This document shows positions 25,500 through 35,234 of a DNA stretch of 61,711 nt, one piece after another (the stretch's first letter is position 1; each line of letters opens with the position of its first letter). The DNA is from a virus (taxonomy: Duplodnaviria > Caudoviricetes). The translations under genes were made by a program, and so were the position numbers. Location of the stretch: IMG/VR virus record IMGVR_UViG_3300048836_000712, positions 1-61,711 of that record. One strand, 5' to 3'. Below the pieces are notes generated by a model, which saw only the letters and a list, made by a program, of their open reading frames with translations, was not told where the DNA came from and searched no databases.

Positions 25500-27596
25500 T
25501 TAGGACGAACTGCCGGGCGGCGGACCACTCGACGGTGCGGAACTGGGTGGACTTGAGGATGTAGGTGGCGCGCTCGACGGCGTGGAACTCGTCGGCGGGC
25601 TGGATGGCGTATGCGAATCGCTAGACGAGGACGAGCTTTCGCTGGACGAACCTTCGCCCGAAGGCGTCGGGGGCGAACTGGATGTCGGTGGTGAACTCGA
25701 CGTGGGCGGGCCGCTGCTGGGAGGCGAACTACTCGTTGGCGGGTTGCTCGAGTTCGGATCGCTGCTGGAATTGTCGTCGCTCGAAGTATCACCGCTCGAT
25801 AAGTCGCCGCTGGACGACGGGTCACTGGATGACGAGCTGGCCTCGCTGGAACTGCTCGACGAAGAACTGCTGCTTTCACTCGACGAGGACGAACTGCTAC
25901 TACTTGAATTGCTTGGCTCGGAACTAGACGACGAAGGCGCAGAGGAACTGGAGCTTGACGATGAACCGGAGCTCGAAGAGGAGCTTGACGAAGAACTGCT
26001 GCTCGACGAGGAGGAACTCGAAGACGACGAGCTCGATGGACTGCTGCTGGACGAACTGCTACTCGAAGATGACGAGCTAGATGAGCTGCTCGCGCTGTCC
26101 GAGGAACTGCTTTCGCTCGAACTCGACGACGACGGGTCAGACGAACTGCTGCTGCCCGATGACGATGATGACGAACTGGAGCTGCTCGAACTCGATGAGC
26201 TGCTTTCGCATGGCTCGCAGCATTCCTCACGCACCCACTCGCCACGCTCCACGCGAGTGGCGTTGTGGACTTCCACGGGCCGCTTCATCAGTTTGTTCTC
26301 GGCGAGGCACTGCACCTCGAACAGTTGCAGCGTGCTGTCGCTGCTGCTGCCGCTCGATGAATCGCAGCACACCGGCACGGTGCAAGGCGAACCCGGTTCC
26401 ACGCTCCGCAGTTGGCCGCAGACGAACGACCATCGCTCGGTCGGGAACGTGATCGAGTCGCCGCTACGCACTGGGCAAGGAATGAGCACTTCCAGTACCG
26501 CCGACAGGCCTTGGCCGGGCGGACATGGTCCGCTGCTCGATGGCTCGCTGCTGGATGGTTCGCTAGTAGAAGATTCACTGCTCGATGACGGTTCGCTCGA
26601 CGATGGCTCGCTGGATGATGATTCACTGGAACTACTGGACGAGCTGCTTTCGCTCGACGAACTGCTGCTCGATGATTCCGACGAAGACGAACTCGACGAG
26701 CTACTCGACGACGACGAACTACTGCTGGAACTGGATGACGAGGACGAACTGGATGAATCACAGCAACCTTCACCGAGCTGAACCACTTCCCATTTCTGGC
26801 TGTCGGCCAGCCATTTGGCCCAGCCATAAGTTCCGGCTGGCACACTCTCGGACTCGGCGCAACCGCAGTCGCCGCCCGATGTGCCGCCCGCTTGGCACAC
26901 CTTGGGGCAAACGACGCCCATCGAGTCGTACAGCGTGAAGGGGCAATCAGCCTCGCACCACTTGGGCGTCCCGTCGGTCTCGCTGTACGCGATCCGTATC
27001 GCTTCGGCGCTGCCGCAGCGCGCGAGCGGCGTGAGCAATTTGAAGCGGCGGAAGTCCTCGGGGAAGTTGGACAGGCGAACGACCGCCCATTGTTTCCCGA
27101 GTCCCCCTTCGCGCCAGAGGATGCGGGCGGAACCAACGGGCCGGCTCAATAGCACCGTTGGATCGTCGTGCTTCACGTCCGCGAATTCATGGCATTCGTC
27201 TTCGACTTCGATGTACGCCGGACAGGTACCGCTGACCCAGGCGCGGCCGATCTTGCCGACGCGCAGCGGGTCGAGCAGGATCATGAACCGCCCGAAGTGG
27301 TCGGGATGCTTGGGCTTCACTCCGACCAGCGCCACCTGGTTCTTGAACTCCCGCAGGTGCGATCCAGGAGTGATGATCGGCGACGAGATGCCCAGCACAT
27401 GGAACCGCAGCCGTTCTTCGCCGCTGCCGTTCCGCATCTTGATGATGTCAGCCTGCCGAATCTGATCGAGCGCGTCGGCGAGCTGGTCGTGCTTCTTACC
27501 CTTCTGAGCGCGGACTGTGTCCAAGAAGGAGTTCCACACCTCCGAAGAGAACTCCAGCGGCTGGCCGGTCTGGGTTTTCTTGAAGCGGTCGCCCAT
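25500..27596 (-). CDS. Putative tail-tip/fibre protein with Cys-rich modules and long poly-Ser/Pro-Ser tracts
   Basis: Last gene of the tail block; Ser runs at ~25500-26200 and ~26540-26760 use mixed codons. Confidence 0.75.
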   Translation of the reverse strand: MGDRFKKTQTGQPLEFSSEVWNSFLDTVRAQKGKKHDQLADALDQIRQADIIKMRNGSGEERLRFHVLGISSPIITPGSHLREFKNQVALVGVKPKHPDHFGRFMILLDPLRVGKIGRAWVSGTCPAYIEVEDECHEFADVKHDDPTVLLSRPVGSARILWREGGLGKQWAVVRLSNFPEDFRRFKLLTPLARCGSAEAIRIAYSETDGTPKWCEADCPFTLYDSMGVVCPKVCQAGGTSGGDCGCAESESVPAGTYGWAKWLADSQKWEVVQLGEGCCDSSSSSSSSSSSSSSSSSSSSSSSSSSESSSSSSSSESSSSSSSSESSSSEPSSSEPSSSSESSTSEPSSSEPSSSGPCPPGQGLSAVLEVLIPCPVRSGDSITFPTERWSFVCGQLRSVEPGSPCTVPVCCDSSSGSSSDSTLQLFEVQCLAENKLMKRPVEVHNATRVERGEWVREECCEPCESSSSSSSSSSSSSSSSGSSSSSDPSSSSSSESSSSDSASSSSSSSSSSSSSSSSSPSSSSSSSSSSSSSSSSSSSSSSSGSSSSSSSSAPSSSSSEPSNSSSSSSSSSSESSSSSSSSSSEASSSSSDPSSSGDLSSGDTSSDDNSSSDPNSSNPPTSSSPPSSGPPTSSSPPTSSSPPTPSGEGSSSESSSSSSDSHTPSSPPTSSTPSSAPPTSSSPPSSAPSSGPPPGSSS

Positions 27597-28381
27597 TAGG
27601 TTCCGATCCCCAGGCCTGAGAAGTCGCCATACTCGTAGACCTGCTCGACATAGGCCGCGATCGGTTTCTTGATGAGCGTTTTGGCTGCGTTATCCTCTTC
27701 GTCGGCGAACCGAATCCAGAGGTAGTGCCAGCCCTCCTTGCTCGCGACCACGATGTTCCCCAGGTGGAGATCGGTGACGTTCGGACTGGCGGCGAAACGG
27801 AACGTGATCTCCCAATCCTCGAAGCCGCGCTTCGCTCCGCTTGCGCCCAGGAACAGCACCTCACCGCGGGCGAACCCTTTGAAGGGCGCGTCGTTCACCT
27901 TCCCGGTCAGAAAGAACAGCGCCGCCTTGTAAGCGCCGGTGACCAGCGCATCGTCGATCTGATGTGTTTCGGTGAAGTTGTAGATCGGGACAGTAATATC
28001 TGTCCCTTCGATCTGATCCTGGTTGACGCCGATTGCGCCCTGGAAGTCAGGTGCGATCTCGCCGGGTGCGGCGTAGCGGCCGACCGTCGTCATGCTCTGG
28101 CTAATATGCTGGTTGCCGCCGCCGGTATCGAACGTGAACTGCGACTCGTCTTCGAGCTTCACGTACTGAACGGCGCATTCCCACACACCGCCGCCCACGG
28201 TGGAGATCGTGAAACTATCGCGTTTCAGCCCGTCGTAGAACGCGGGTGCCGTGGCCGCGACCAGCCCTTTGACGAGCAGATCGTCGTCAGTGCCCTGGAC
28301 GACGTAGAGCAACTCCGTGTTCGGGTCTTCGCTCTCGGTCGCTTCGCGGCTGTTGTAACGTTCGTCGATGGTGATGGGCAT
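27596..28381 (-). CDS. Putative distal tail protein
   Basis: Lies directly after the tape measure gene; beta-rich. Confidence 0.6.
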   Translation of the reverse strand: MPITIDERYNSREATESEDPNTELLYVVQGTDDDLLVKGLVAATAPAFYDGLKRDSFTISTVGGGVWECAVQYVKLEDESQFTFDTGGGNQHISQSMTTVGRYAAPGEIAPDFQGAIGVNQDQIEGTDITVPIYNFTETHQIDDALVTGAYKAALFFLTGKVNDAPFKGFARGEVLFLGASGAKRGFEDWEITFRFAASPNVTDLHLGNIVVASKEGWHYLWIRFADEEDNAAKTLIKKPIAAYVEQVYEYGDFSGLGIGT

Positions 28382-28393
28382 ATTTCATCCGTG

Positions 28394-30382
28394 CTACGGC
28401 GCGAACACGAGCTTCCCTTGCTTGGCCTGCGCGAGCAGGTCCTTGGTGTTGACCACGATCTGCTCGGCGGCGCGGGCCGTGCGCTCGGCCAGACTGTCGG
28501 CACCGAGGCCACGGGCAGCGAGCGCGTTGAATGTTCCCTTGGCCTCCACCTTCCGTTGCTCCTCGGCCAGCACGCCGCCGCTGGTGGAAAGGCTGTCTTC
28601 GACTTGCTTGAGCCGTTCGGGATCGCTAGTTTCGGCGGCAGCCCGCTTCTTGGCTGCTTCGGCGATGGCGTCCTGCCATTCCTTGCGCGCGCCGCTGAGT
28701 TCGCCCTCCGTCTCGGCCAGATCGTCGGCAAATTGCTGTTGGCGGCGGGCATGTTCCTCGGATTGCATGTCGCCGAGCGTCGATTCGACGCCGGCGCGGT
28801 CCCGCTCGATCTGTTCGCGGCGCTCCCTGCGTTCGCGGTCGCGCTGTCCGACGGCATCGAGCATTTGCTGGTCGGCTGCGCCGGTCGCATCGCTCACCTC
28901 GCGGTTGATCTGGTTCACCTCGGCATCGACATCGACCTCGTCGCTGAACAGCGACTTGAGCCGCACCCAGGCTTTCTTGATGAAGCCGATGGTGTTGTGC
29001 CAAGTGTGTGTGAGCAGGTTGGTGAAGACACTCCAGGCGTCGGCCAGGAACCCGACCGTTTCGGTCCAGCCGATTTCGATAGCCGCCCAGCCGTTGTTGA
29101 GAATCTTGGCGACGCCGAACACCGCGTCGGTCCAGAGGGAGAGGAAGAACTCTTTGGCCCCGATCCACAGCCCGTTGAGGAAGTGGATTCCACGTTTCCA
29201 CTCCATTTTCAGAGTGAGCCAGACGATCTTCGCGGCCAGCGCCAAGTCGCCCGCCGCAAGCGCATCACCGATCCCCTGCCACGCCGCCAGGGCGTCGTTC
29301 TTGAGCGTCTCGAAGCGCTCCCCCAGCCACGTCAGTGCCTTGGCCCCCAGGCCGGACGCATATAAGAGGTACGCGCCGAGTGCGACCGCGGCGACAATTA
29401 CCAGCCCAATGGGCGAAAGCAGCAGGGCGATGATCTTGCCCAGGATGGCGATGGCGGTGCCCACCGCACCCACGATGGTCACCACCGCACCAATGGCTGC
29501 GCCGAACCCCGAGATAATCGTTCCCAGAACAATCAGCGCCACGCCGGCCCCAACAACGGCGGCGGCAATCTTGAAAACGGTGACGACGAGGGCTTTGTTC
29601 TGTTTGATCCATTTGACGGCCGCGACCACAAACTTCGTGGCCTTGGCGACCAGGTCGGTCAGCATCGGAGCCAGCGCCGAACCGATGGCGAAGACACCCG
29701 CCTTAACCGATTTCCACAGGTCGTCCAGCGTGTCGCCAAATAGCGTGGCCGCTTGGGCATCGTCCTTGGAGATCGTCAGCCCCAGTTCGCGAGCCCGCTG
29801 CTGCAGTTCCTCAATCCCCTTGGCCCCGCCCGCCATCAGGGGCAGCAACTGCGTACCCGACTTGCCGAACACTTTCATCGCCATCGCCGCCTTGAGTGTC
29901 GGGTCTTCGATCCGCGATAGGCGATCTGCGATCAGTTTGAATTGCTGGTCGGGCGAGAGGCCGGCAAGCTGCTCGACGGTGAGGCCGAGCATGGCGAGAT
30001 TTTCCTGCGCCGACTTCGACCCCTTGGCGGCATCGAGAACCGACGCCTGCATGCGCCGCAGGCCCCCTTCGAGCGTTTCGAGATTCGCGCCCGACTGGTC
30101 CGCCGCATAGGCGAGCTCGGAGAGAGCTTCGACCGCGACGCCGGTGCGATCCGAGGCCTTGTTGACCTGATCGCCCGCTGTGGCGAAGTGCTGCACCGCT
30201 GCCAACAGGGGCGCGATAACAGCGCCGCCGGCGGCAACCAGCTGAAAGCCCATCGTCTGCACGCTCGCCCCGAAGGCTTCGAGCTTTTGCGACGCCGAGC
30301 GCAGACCCTTCACCATCCGGCTGTCCCTGGTGAACAGCTCGATGTAGGCCGCGCCGGCCCGGATGGCTTGACCTGCCGCCAT
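28394..30382 (-). CDS. Tail tape measure protein
   Basis: AMKVFGKSGTQLLPLM, a hydrophobic Ala/Gly stretch and W-spaced repeats; position in the tail operon. Confidence 0.9.
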   Translation of the reverse strand: MAAGQAIRAGAAYIELFTRDSRMVKGLRSASQKLEAFGASVQTMGFQLVAAGGAVIAPLLAAVQHFATAGDQVNKASDRTGVAVEALSELAYAADQSGANLETLEGGLRRMQASVLDAAKGSKSAQENLAMLGLTVEQLAGLSPDQQFKLIADRLSRIEDPTLKAAMAMKVFGKSGTQLLPLMAGGAKGIEELQQRARELGLTISKDDAQAATLFGDTLDDLWKSVKAGVFAIGSALAPMLTDLVAKATKFVVAAVKWIKQNKALVVTVFKIAAAVVGAGVALIVLGTIISGFGAAIGAVVTIVGAVGTAIAILGKIIALLLSPIGLVIVAAVALGAYLLYASGLGAKALTWLGERFETLKNDALAAWQGIGDALAAGDLALAAKIVWLTLKMEWKRGIHFLNGLWIGAKEFFLSLWTDAVFGVAKILNNGWAAIEIGWTETVGFLADAWSVFTNLLTHTWHNTIGFIKKAWVRLKSLFSDEVDVDAEVNQINREVSDATGAADQQMLDAVGQRDRERRERREQIERDRAGVESTLGDMQSEEHARRQQQFADDLAETEGELSGARKEWQDAIAEAAKKRAAAETSDPERLKQVEDSLSTSGGVLAEEQRKVEAKGTFNALAARGLGADSLAERTARAAEQIVVNTKDLLAQAKQGKLVFAP

Positions 30383-30385
30383 GCG

Positions 30386-30829
30386 TCACCTCCGGTCTAC
30401 AAAGATGGTTTTCAAGGTGCGAACTCCGGTCTTGGCTTTCACGGGCTTCTTCCGCTCGTCGGCCAGCGGGTTGAACTCCGCGGGCGTGAACGGCTGGGGT
30501 TTCTTTTTCGGATTGCGATGGACGTTGGCGAGCATGGCGAGCAGCGCCGACGTGTGCTGCCACCCGTCGCGCCGCCGGGCGTCGGCCATCCAGACCAATT
30601 CCCGCAGTGTCAAATGGCCGGGCTCGACGCCGACGATGCCGGCGAGTTGCCAGATGAGTCGCCAGGCGTCAGCGCCGGTAACCCGTCCCCGTTGAGGATC
30701 TGTTCCAGATGCCGGTCGAGCTTCGGATCGTCCAACCGCTTGCTGGCCGTCTCGACCGCCTTCGTCTGAAAGGCCTTCAGCTTCGCGAGCGCCTTGGCCA
30801 GCACCTGACGCTTCGCCAATGGGAAAAAA
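30386..30829 (-). CDS. Tail assembly chaperone extension (gpT-like, -1 frame)
   Basis: Overlaps the chaperone in the -1 frame; LTLRELVWMA...NPKKK...FNP. Confidence 0.6.
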   Translation of the reverse strand, partial: FFPIGEASGAGQGAREAEGLSDEGGRDGQQAVGRSEARPASGTDPQRGRVTGADAWRLIWQLAGIVGVEPGHLTLRELVWMADARRRDGWQHTSALLAMLANVHRNPKKKPQPFTPAEFNPLADERKKPVKAKTGVRTLKTIFVDRR

Positions 30830-31113
30830 TCGACGAGTTCCTCCAAGAGGCAGGTCGTGCCGTGATCGATGGCGTCGCCCGCCATTGCGCGCCCGAAGTC
30901 TTCGTCGGTGACGCTCTTGGCATCCGCTTCGGGCTTGCACAGCACGAACAGCACGTCGCAGAGCAGCACCGGATCGGAGACCAGCTGTTCGATGAGCTTC
31001 CCCTCGACCGCTTCAAGCAGGTTGATGCTGAGCAGCGATTTCACTCGCTTGATGGCATCGACGTTAATCGCGACGGTCCAGTTGCGGCCGGCGTTGTCGT
31101 TGAACGTTTTCAT
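30610..31113 (-). CDS. Tail assembly chaperone (gpG-like)
   Basis: Lies between the tail tube and tape measure genes; ELVDFFP. Confidence 0.75.
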   Translation of the reverse strand: MKTFNDNAGRNWTVAINVDAIKRVKSLLSINLLEAVEGKLIEQLVSDPVLLCDVLFVLCKPEADAKSVTDEDFGRAMAGDAIDHGTTCLLEELVDFFPLAKRQVLAKALAKLKAFQTKAVETASKRLDDPKLDRHLEQILNGDGLPALTPGDSSGNSPASSASSPAI

Positions 31114-31131
31114 GCGGTGACCACTCTCCTA

Positions 31132-31587
31132 TCAGGCCGAGGAACTGCCTTCGCCGTTGATCCACTGGGGCGCATTGGCGGCGTAGGTCGGCTTGATGGT
31201 CACGTCGACCATGATCGCCTCCTCCAGCGCCTCGTTCCGCGTGAAGTTGAAGATGTCGAAGGTGGCCCGCAGCCCTTCCGAGTCGGGATCGCCCATATCG
31301 CCATCCATCACGGCGAACTCGATGGGCGTGTTGCTGAAGAACGCCTGCTGCATCGCCGAGAACCCGGCGTCGGCCGTGTCCCACACCATCTGGAATTCGA
31401 TGCTGGCGTCCTTGAGTGTGCCGACAGTTGCCCGCCAGCCGCCGTTGGCGCGCGTCGTCACGTCGGCCTCGCCCTTTTCCAGGTTGAGCGTGAGGTCTTT
31501 GACGTTGGTGACCTCGGTCCAGATGGGCGACCCGAAGCTGCCGCCATTGCGATACAGCTTCGCGTCCATGCCGAGTCGAGTGGACAT
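31132..31587 (-). CDS. Major tail tube protein
   Basis: VKDLTLNLEKGEADVTTR...GW...LKDASIEF; size and position fit. Confidence 0.8.
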   Translation of the reverse strand: MSTRLGMDAKLYRNGGSFGSPIWTEVTNVKDLTLNLEKGEADVTTRANGGWRATVGTLKDASIEFQMVWDTADAGFSAMQQAFFSNTPIEFAVMDGDMGDPDSEGLRATFDIFNFTRNEALEEAIMVDVTIKPTYAANAPQWINGEGSSSA

Positions 31588-31599
31588 CGCGGTGTTCTC

Positions 31600-31995
31600 C
31601 TATGCTTTCACCGACCCGGCCCACAGCTTGGGCAGGCGGTCTTGAGTCTTTTCGAGTGCCGGTCCCATGAACGGCCGCTTGGGATAGCGCTGCCGCTTGT
31701 ATCTGCCGCCATGCTCATGTGCGCTCCCCGAAGCACCGACCTTGGAGTGGTCCGGCCCGATCACAACCAGGCCTTTCTGCTTCTCCACGTCGAACATGAT
31801 CGCGCCGCGTAGCTGTCCCCTGCGGGTGCTGGGCGGCTGACCTTCGGGGCTCGCTTTCTTGCGCTTGCGGATGCTGCGCTTCGCGGTCAAACGAATCGCC
31901 GCGCCGGCGTGGCCGAGGCTCTTGAAATTGCCTTGTTTGGCTTTCGCCAGCACCTTTTTCGTTTCGTCTTTGGTTTTGACCTTCGTGGCGATCAT
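31600..31995 (-). CDS. Tail completion (HK97 gp10-like) protein
   Basis: Basic protein with HEHGG...YPKRPFMGPA. Confidence 0.7.
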   Translation of the reverse strand: MIATKVKTKDETKKVLAKAKQGNFKSLGHAGAAIRLTAKRSIRKRKKASPEGQPPSTRRGQLRGAIMFDVEKQKGLVVIGPDHSKVGASGSAHEHGGRYKRQRYPKRPFMGPALEKTQDRLPKLWAGSVKA

Positions 31996-31997
31996 CG

Positions 31998-32423
31998 TTA
32001 CCTCGCCATGCGGAAGGTGAGAGTCAGCACGCTCGTGAATTGCCGTAGCTCGTCGAGGTGCTCCTGGGAATAGACCGGCGCGTTCTTCACATCCACGCAG
32101 CGTGCGCCAGGGAAGCTCGACAGCGGCTCGGCACGAAAGTGGTCGGCGATTTCCTCCACGAGCGTCATCAGCGCGTCGAGCGACTCCTGCCCCATGTCGG
32201 TCTTCTTCTGCACCGCCAAATCGATGTCGTAGCTGAACGAGTCCCGCTTTCGGTCGAGCGACGTGCTGGCGATCCCGCGCGGCACGACGGTGACGTGCAA
32301 CGTTTCCATGTCCGGCAGTTCAAACGACGGCGCGTACAGCCGGGCCGCAGAGAGCGGTTGACTGAACGTGGCCGCATTGAGTTGGGCAACCACGGCATCG
32401 GCGATCTGAATGATCGTGGCCAA
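31998..32423 (-). CDS. Tail terminator-like protein
   Basis: Synteny and size. Confidence 0.55.
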   Translation of the reverse strand: MATIIQIADAVVAQLNAATFSQPLSAARLYAPSFELPDMETLHVTVVPRGIASTSLDRKRDSFSYDIDLAVQKKTDMGQESLDALMTLVEEIADHFRAEPLSSFPGARCVDVKNAPVYSQEHLDELRQFTSVLTLTFRMAR

Positions 32424-32807
32424 CTACGCTGCCTCCGTCGCGATGAGCTTGGTGTGAATTCGCAGCGTCTGCCGATACGGATCGCTGTAGCGCCAGTGCT
32501 GTTCGCCGCCGAGTGGCAGCACCTCATAGGTGTGCTTCTGGCCGGCGGCGATCTCCTCGATCCGATCCCCTTTGGCTGGGAGCGTTTGATTGCCCGCCAG
32601 CACGACGTCCGCCGAATCGATCAAGTAATCTCGAACTTGCAGGCGGACGATCACGCCCGCGCCGTCGTCCTGCTCAAACAGGGTTCTGCCGATGGTCGCT
32701 TTGACGACCACCGAATCAACGCCGCGCCAGTAGGTCACATCGACGGTGCGGTGCTTTTTTCGCTGGTCCTCCAGCCAGGCAGAACTTTTGCTGAGCAGAT
32801 CGGCCAC
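32424..32807 (-). CDS. Head closure/head-tail joining protein
   Basis: PAKGDRI...YEV; synteny. Confidence 0.6.
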   Translation of the reverse strand: MADLLSKSSAWLEDQRKKHRTVDVTYWRGVDSVVVKATIGRTLFEQDDGAGVIVRLQVRDYLIDSADVVLAGNQTLPAKGDRIEEIAAGQKHTYEVLPLGGEQHWRYSDPYRQTLRIHTKLIATEAA

Positions 32808-32810
32808 GGC

Positions 32811-33191
32811 TTACACCCCGCTGCTCGAGGCGCTCTCGGTCGGCACCGCGCACGGGCACAACCGCACACGAACCGTCGCGTCGGCATCGGCCGCCGCCTT
32901 TACAACCTTGCCAAGCAGCTTGTAAGCGCCGCCGCCGTCGTCGGTCACCGCGACCTTATTCACGGAGTCCCAGTAGGCCAGCGCCCCGACGGCGAATGTC
33001 ACGCCGCCGTCCGCCTCCTTGGCGAAGTCGAACACTCCAATGACGGCGAGCGCACCCAGGACGTTGGCCTTGATGTCGAGCGAAGCAACGCCGACGAGAT
33101 CGCCTTGCACGATCACGTCGCCGGCGGTCACATCCGCGCTGGGGGTGTAATCGATGGTCTTGCCATCGTGAACGAACTCTGCGGTTGCCAT
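32811..33191 (-). CDS. DUF2190-like capsid decoration protein
   Basis: FVHDGKTIDYT...GVFDFAK...YWD...ATVRVRL. Confidence 0.85.
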   Translation of the reverse strand: MATAEFVHDGKTIDYTPSADVTAGDVIVQGDLVGVASLDIKANVLGALAVIGVFDFAKEADGGVTFAVGALAYWDSVNKVAVTDDGGGAYKLLGKVVKAAADADATVRVRLCPCAVPTESASSSGV

Positions 33192-33212
33192 GTGGCTTCT
33201 CCTTCGAGTGGT

Positions 33213-35234
33213 TTACGCCTCGCCCTTGGCCTTGATGCCGGCGAGCCATTCCGCGAAATCGACGCCGAAGTCGTGGTAGCCGCGGAACTGCACGCCCAGC
33301 GTGTTGAAGTCCGCCTCGGCCATATCGACGGTCGGCGTCTGCACACCGTCGAGGAAGCTGACGACGACCGCCGACAGCACGGTCGGCGAACGGAGCAGAT
33401 ACCAGGCTTTCGCGGAATTGCCCGTGAAGGTCGCATCGCTGAGCCAATCAACGACGACCGGCCGATACTTGCCGGCATGGATGTTGTCGCTCGGGACCGA
33501 GTCGTTTGACGAAGCGCCGCCGGTGTTCACGGTCGTGCTCTGGTACAGTCGCTGCGCGATGAACTGCAGCTCGGGCGGAACGAGCAAGATGGATGGGAGG
33601 CCTCCGATCCGTTTGCCGTCGGGCGACTTCAGTTTGCGAAAGGCCAGGATGCCCGCCTGCAACCCGGTGCCGTTGATGTCGAGCGCGGTGCCGGCACCCT
33701 TGATGAAGTTGCCGCGCGCTTCGGTGAAGAAGGTCGCGTTGTTGATGTACCGCGACCAAAACACGTTGTTGAAACTGCGAGCCGCGCCGGCACCGAGCCG
33801 CACCCGCAAGTCCTCGAATGCGCCCAGATCATCGTCGATGATTTTGTCCCGCGTGAGCGAGAACATTTTGGCGTAGGTCCGCGCTTGCCGGGTGTACGAC
33901 TCTTCCGATAGCTTGCCGTGCTTGATCTCGCCGGTGGGGCCCAGCTCCTCGTACTCCATATCGTCGAGCATTCGGTAGCTGGTCACCGTCTTGAAGTCGC
34001 CGACCGTGCGAGTGATCGAGACATCACGCCACGATTGATCCTCCTCCATGAACCCAGCCAGCAGTTCCTTGTTGGCGACGTTCGAGAGGATGTTGGGGAG
34101 AGAGAGCGTGCTGAACGCCGCATTGATCGGCGCGAATGCCGCGCGGAACATATCCGGCAGCGTGGCCTTGGTGACGACCGAGCGGCCGACGTAACCGTTG
34201 GCCTGGGCAGCCATCAGGATCATCTCGTGGAGGCCCAGCTGGCGATAGTTTTTGTCGGCCGCCTCCAGCGTTTGTTCGGAGAACAGCTTCTCGCGACCGG
34301 GCGTGCGGAGTGTGCCGCAGAGCGCCGCTTCGATCACTTCGGCCGCGATAGGCCCGCTTGTGCCAGCGGCATGAATAGCCGGAGCGCGGGGGCGCTCCTC
34401 GCGCATGACTTCCAGTTCGGTGCGGGTCGCATCCCACCCGTCGCCGATCGCCTTGGCTTCGATGATGGGATGCCGACCTGCACAGAGCTTGCGAATGGCT
34501 CCAACCCGCGCCGTCTCGGCCGCGAGCTCGGCCCGCAGTTCCGCGACGGCGGACGTGGCAGCGCCCTTGCCTCCGGGCTTCTGCGTGCCGTCATACATCG
34601 CCTGCAGGCTGGCCGTTTGCTTGTCGTCCAGGTCGTCGGTGACGAATCCCTGCGCCTCGATCCACTGGGTGAATTCCATGTCCGTCTTCTCCTTCGAAGT
34701 TGCGGCCTTCGCCGCGATGTTGACGCTGGTGTCTCCGTCGGCACCGTTGGCGACGATGGCGACATGCTTCAGCCGCGAACGACGCACGAGCAGAAAGCTC
34801 GACGACTCGGCGCGGATCGTGCGGCCGTTGACGACCACCTGCTTCCCCTTGGCGATCCGCTCGGTTTCCAGGGGCTCCGCGCCGACGCTGGCTTGTAGCG
34901 GCACGCCTTCGCGATGCAGATCAATCACGCGCAGCGCCCGCTCGCTGGTGCGCGAGAGGGTTCCTTCGACGGACAGACGCCCGTCGCGCCGCGCGGGAGC
35001 ACCGCTCCCCAGGACCGCTTCGATGCGGTTCTCGTGATCGGCTAGAAGCGGAATACGGTCGGGCGATTCGATCCCTTCCACGTCGAGGACGACGGGGCCG
35101 AAACCGGCAACGGTCATCAGACCGCCGCTGTACGCATCGACTCGCACCAGCGCCGGTTTGTCGTCGCTGGCTGCAGCCTCGATGGTCAGATCGACCGGGC
35201 TGACGAATCGCATTTCACGCTGGTCATGCGGCAT
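33213..35234 (-). CDS. Prophage prohead protease-major capsid fusion (Mu gpT-like capsid)
   Basis: LLADHE, LQASVGA, GEIKHG, LLVPPEL and HDFGV; follows the portal gene. Confidence 0.92.
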   Translation of the reverse strand: MPHDQREMRFVSPVDLTIEAAASDDKPALVRVDAYSGGLMTVAGFGPVVLDVEGIESPDRIPLLADHENRIEAVLGSGAPARRDGRLSVEGTLSRTSERALRVIDLHREGVPLQASVGAEPLETERIAKGKQVVVNGRTIRAESSSFLLVRRSRLKHVAIVANGADGDTSVNIAAKAATSKEKTDMEFTQWIEAQGFVTDDLDDKQTASLQAMYDGTQKPGGKGAATSAVAELRAELAAETARVGAIRKLCAGRHPIIEAKAIGDGWDATRTELEVMREERPRAPAIHAAGTSGPIAAEVIEAALCGTLRTPGREKLFSEQTLEAADKNYRQLGLHEMILMAAQANGYVGRSVVTKATLPDMFRAAFAPINAAFSTLSLPNILSNVANKELLAGFMEEDQSWRDVSITRTVGDFKTVTSYRMLDDMEYEELGPTGEIKHGKLSEESYTRQARTYAKMFSLTRDKIIDDDLGAFEDLRVRLGAGAARSFNNVFWSRYINNATFFTEARGNFIKGAGTALDINGTGLQAGILAFRKLKSPDGKRIGGLPSILLVPPELQFIAQRLYQSTTVNTGGASSNDSVPSDNIHAGKYRPVVVDWLSDATFTGNSAKAWYLLRSPTVLSAVVVSFLDGVQTPTVDMAEADFNTLGVQFRGYHDFGVDFAEWLAGIKAKGEA

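Noticed and set aside
25500-26781. CRISPR array, or the Leu/Asp/Glu-rich plus-strand ORF 25582-26781
   Set aside because: There are no repeat-spacer units; that ORF is the antisense shadow of the poly-Ser codons.
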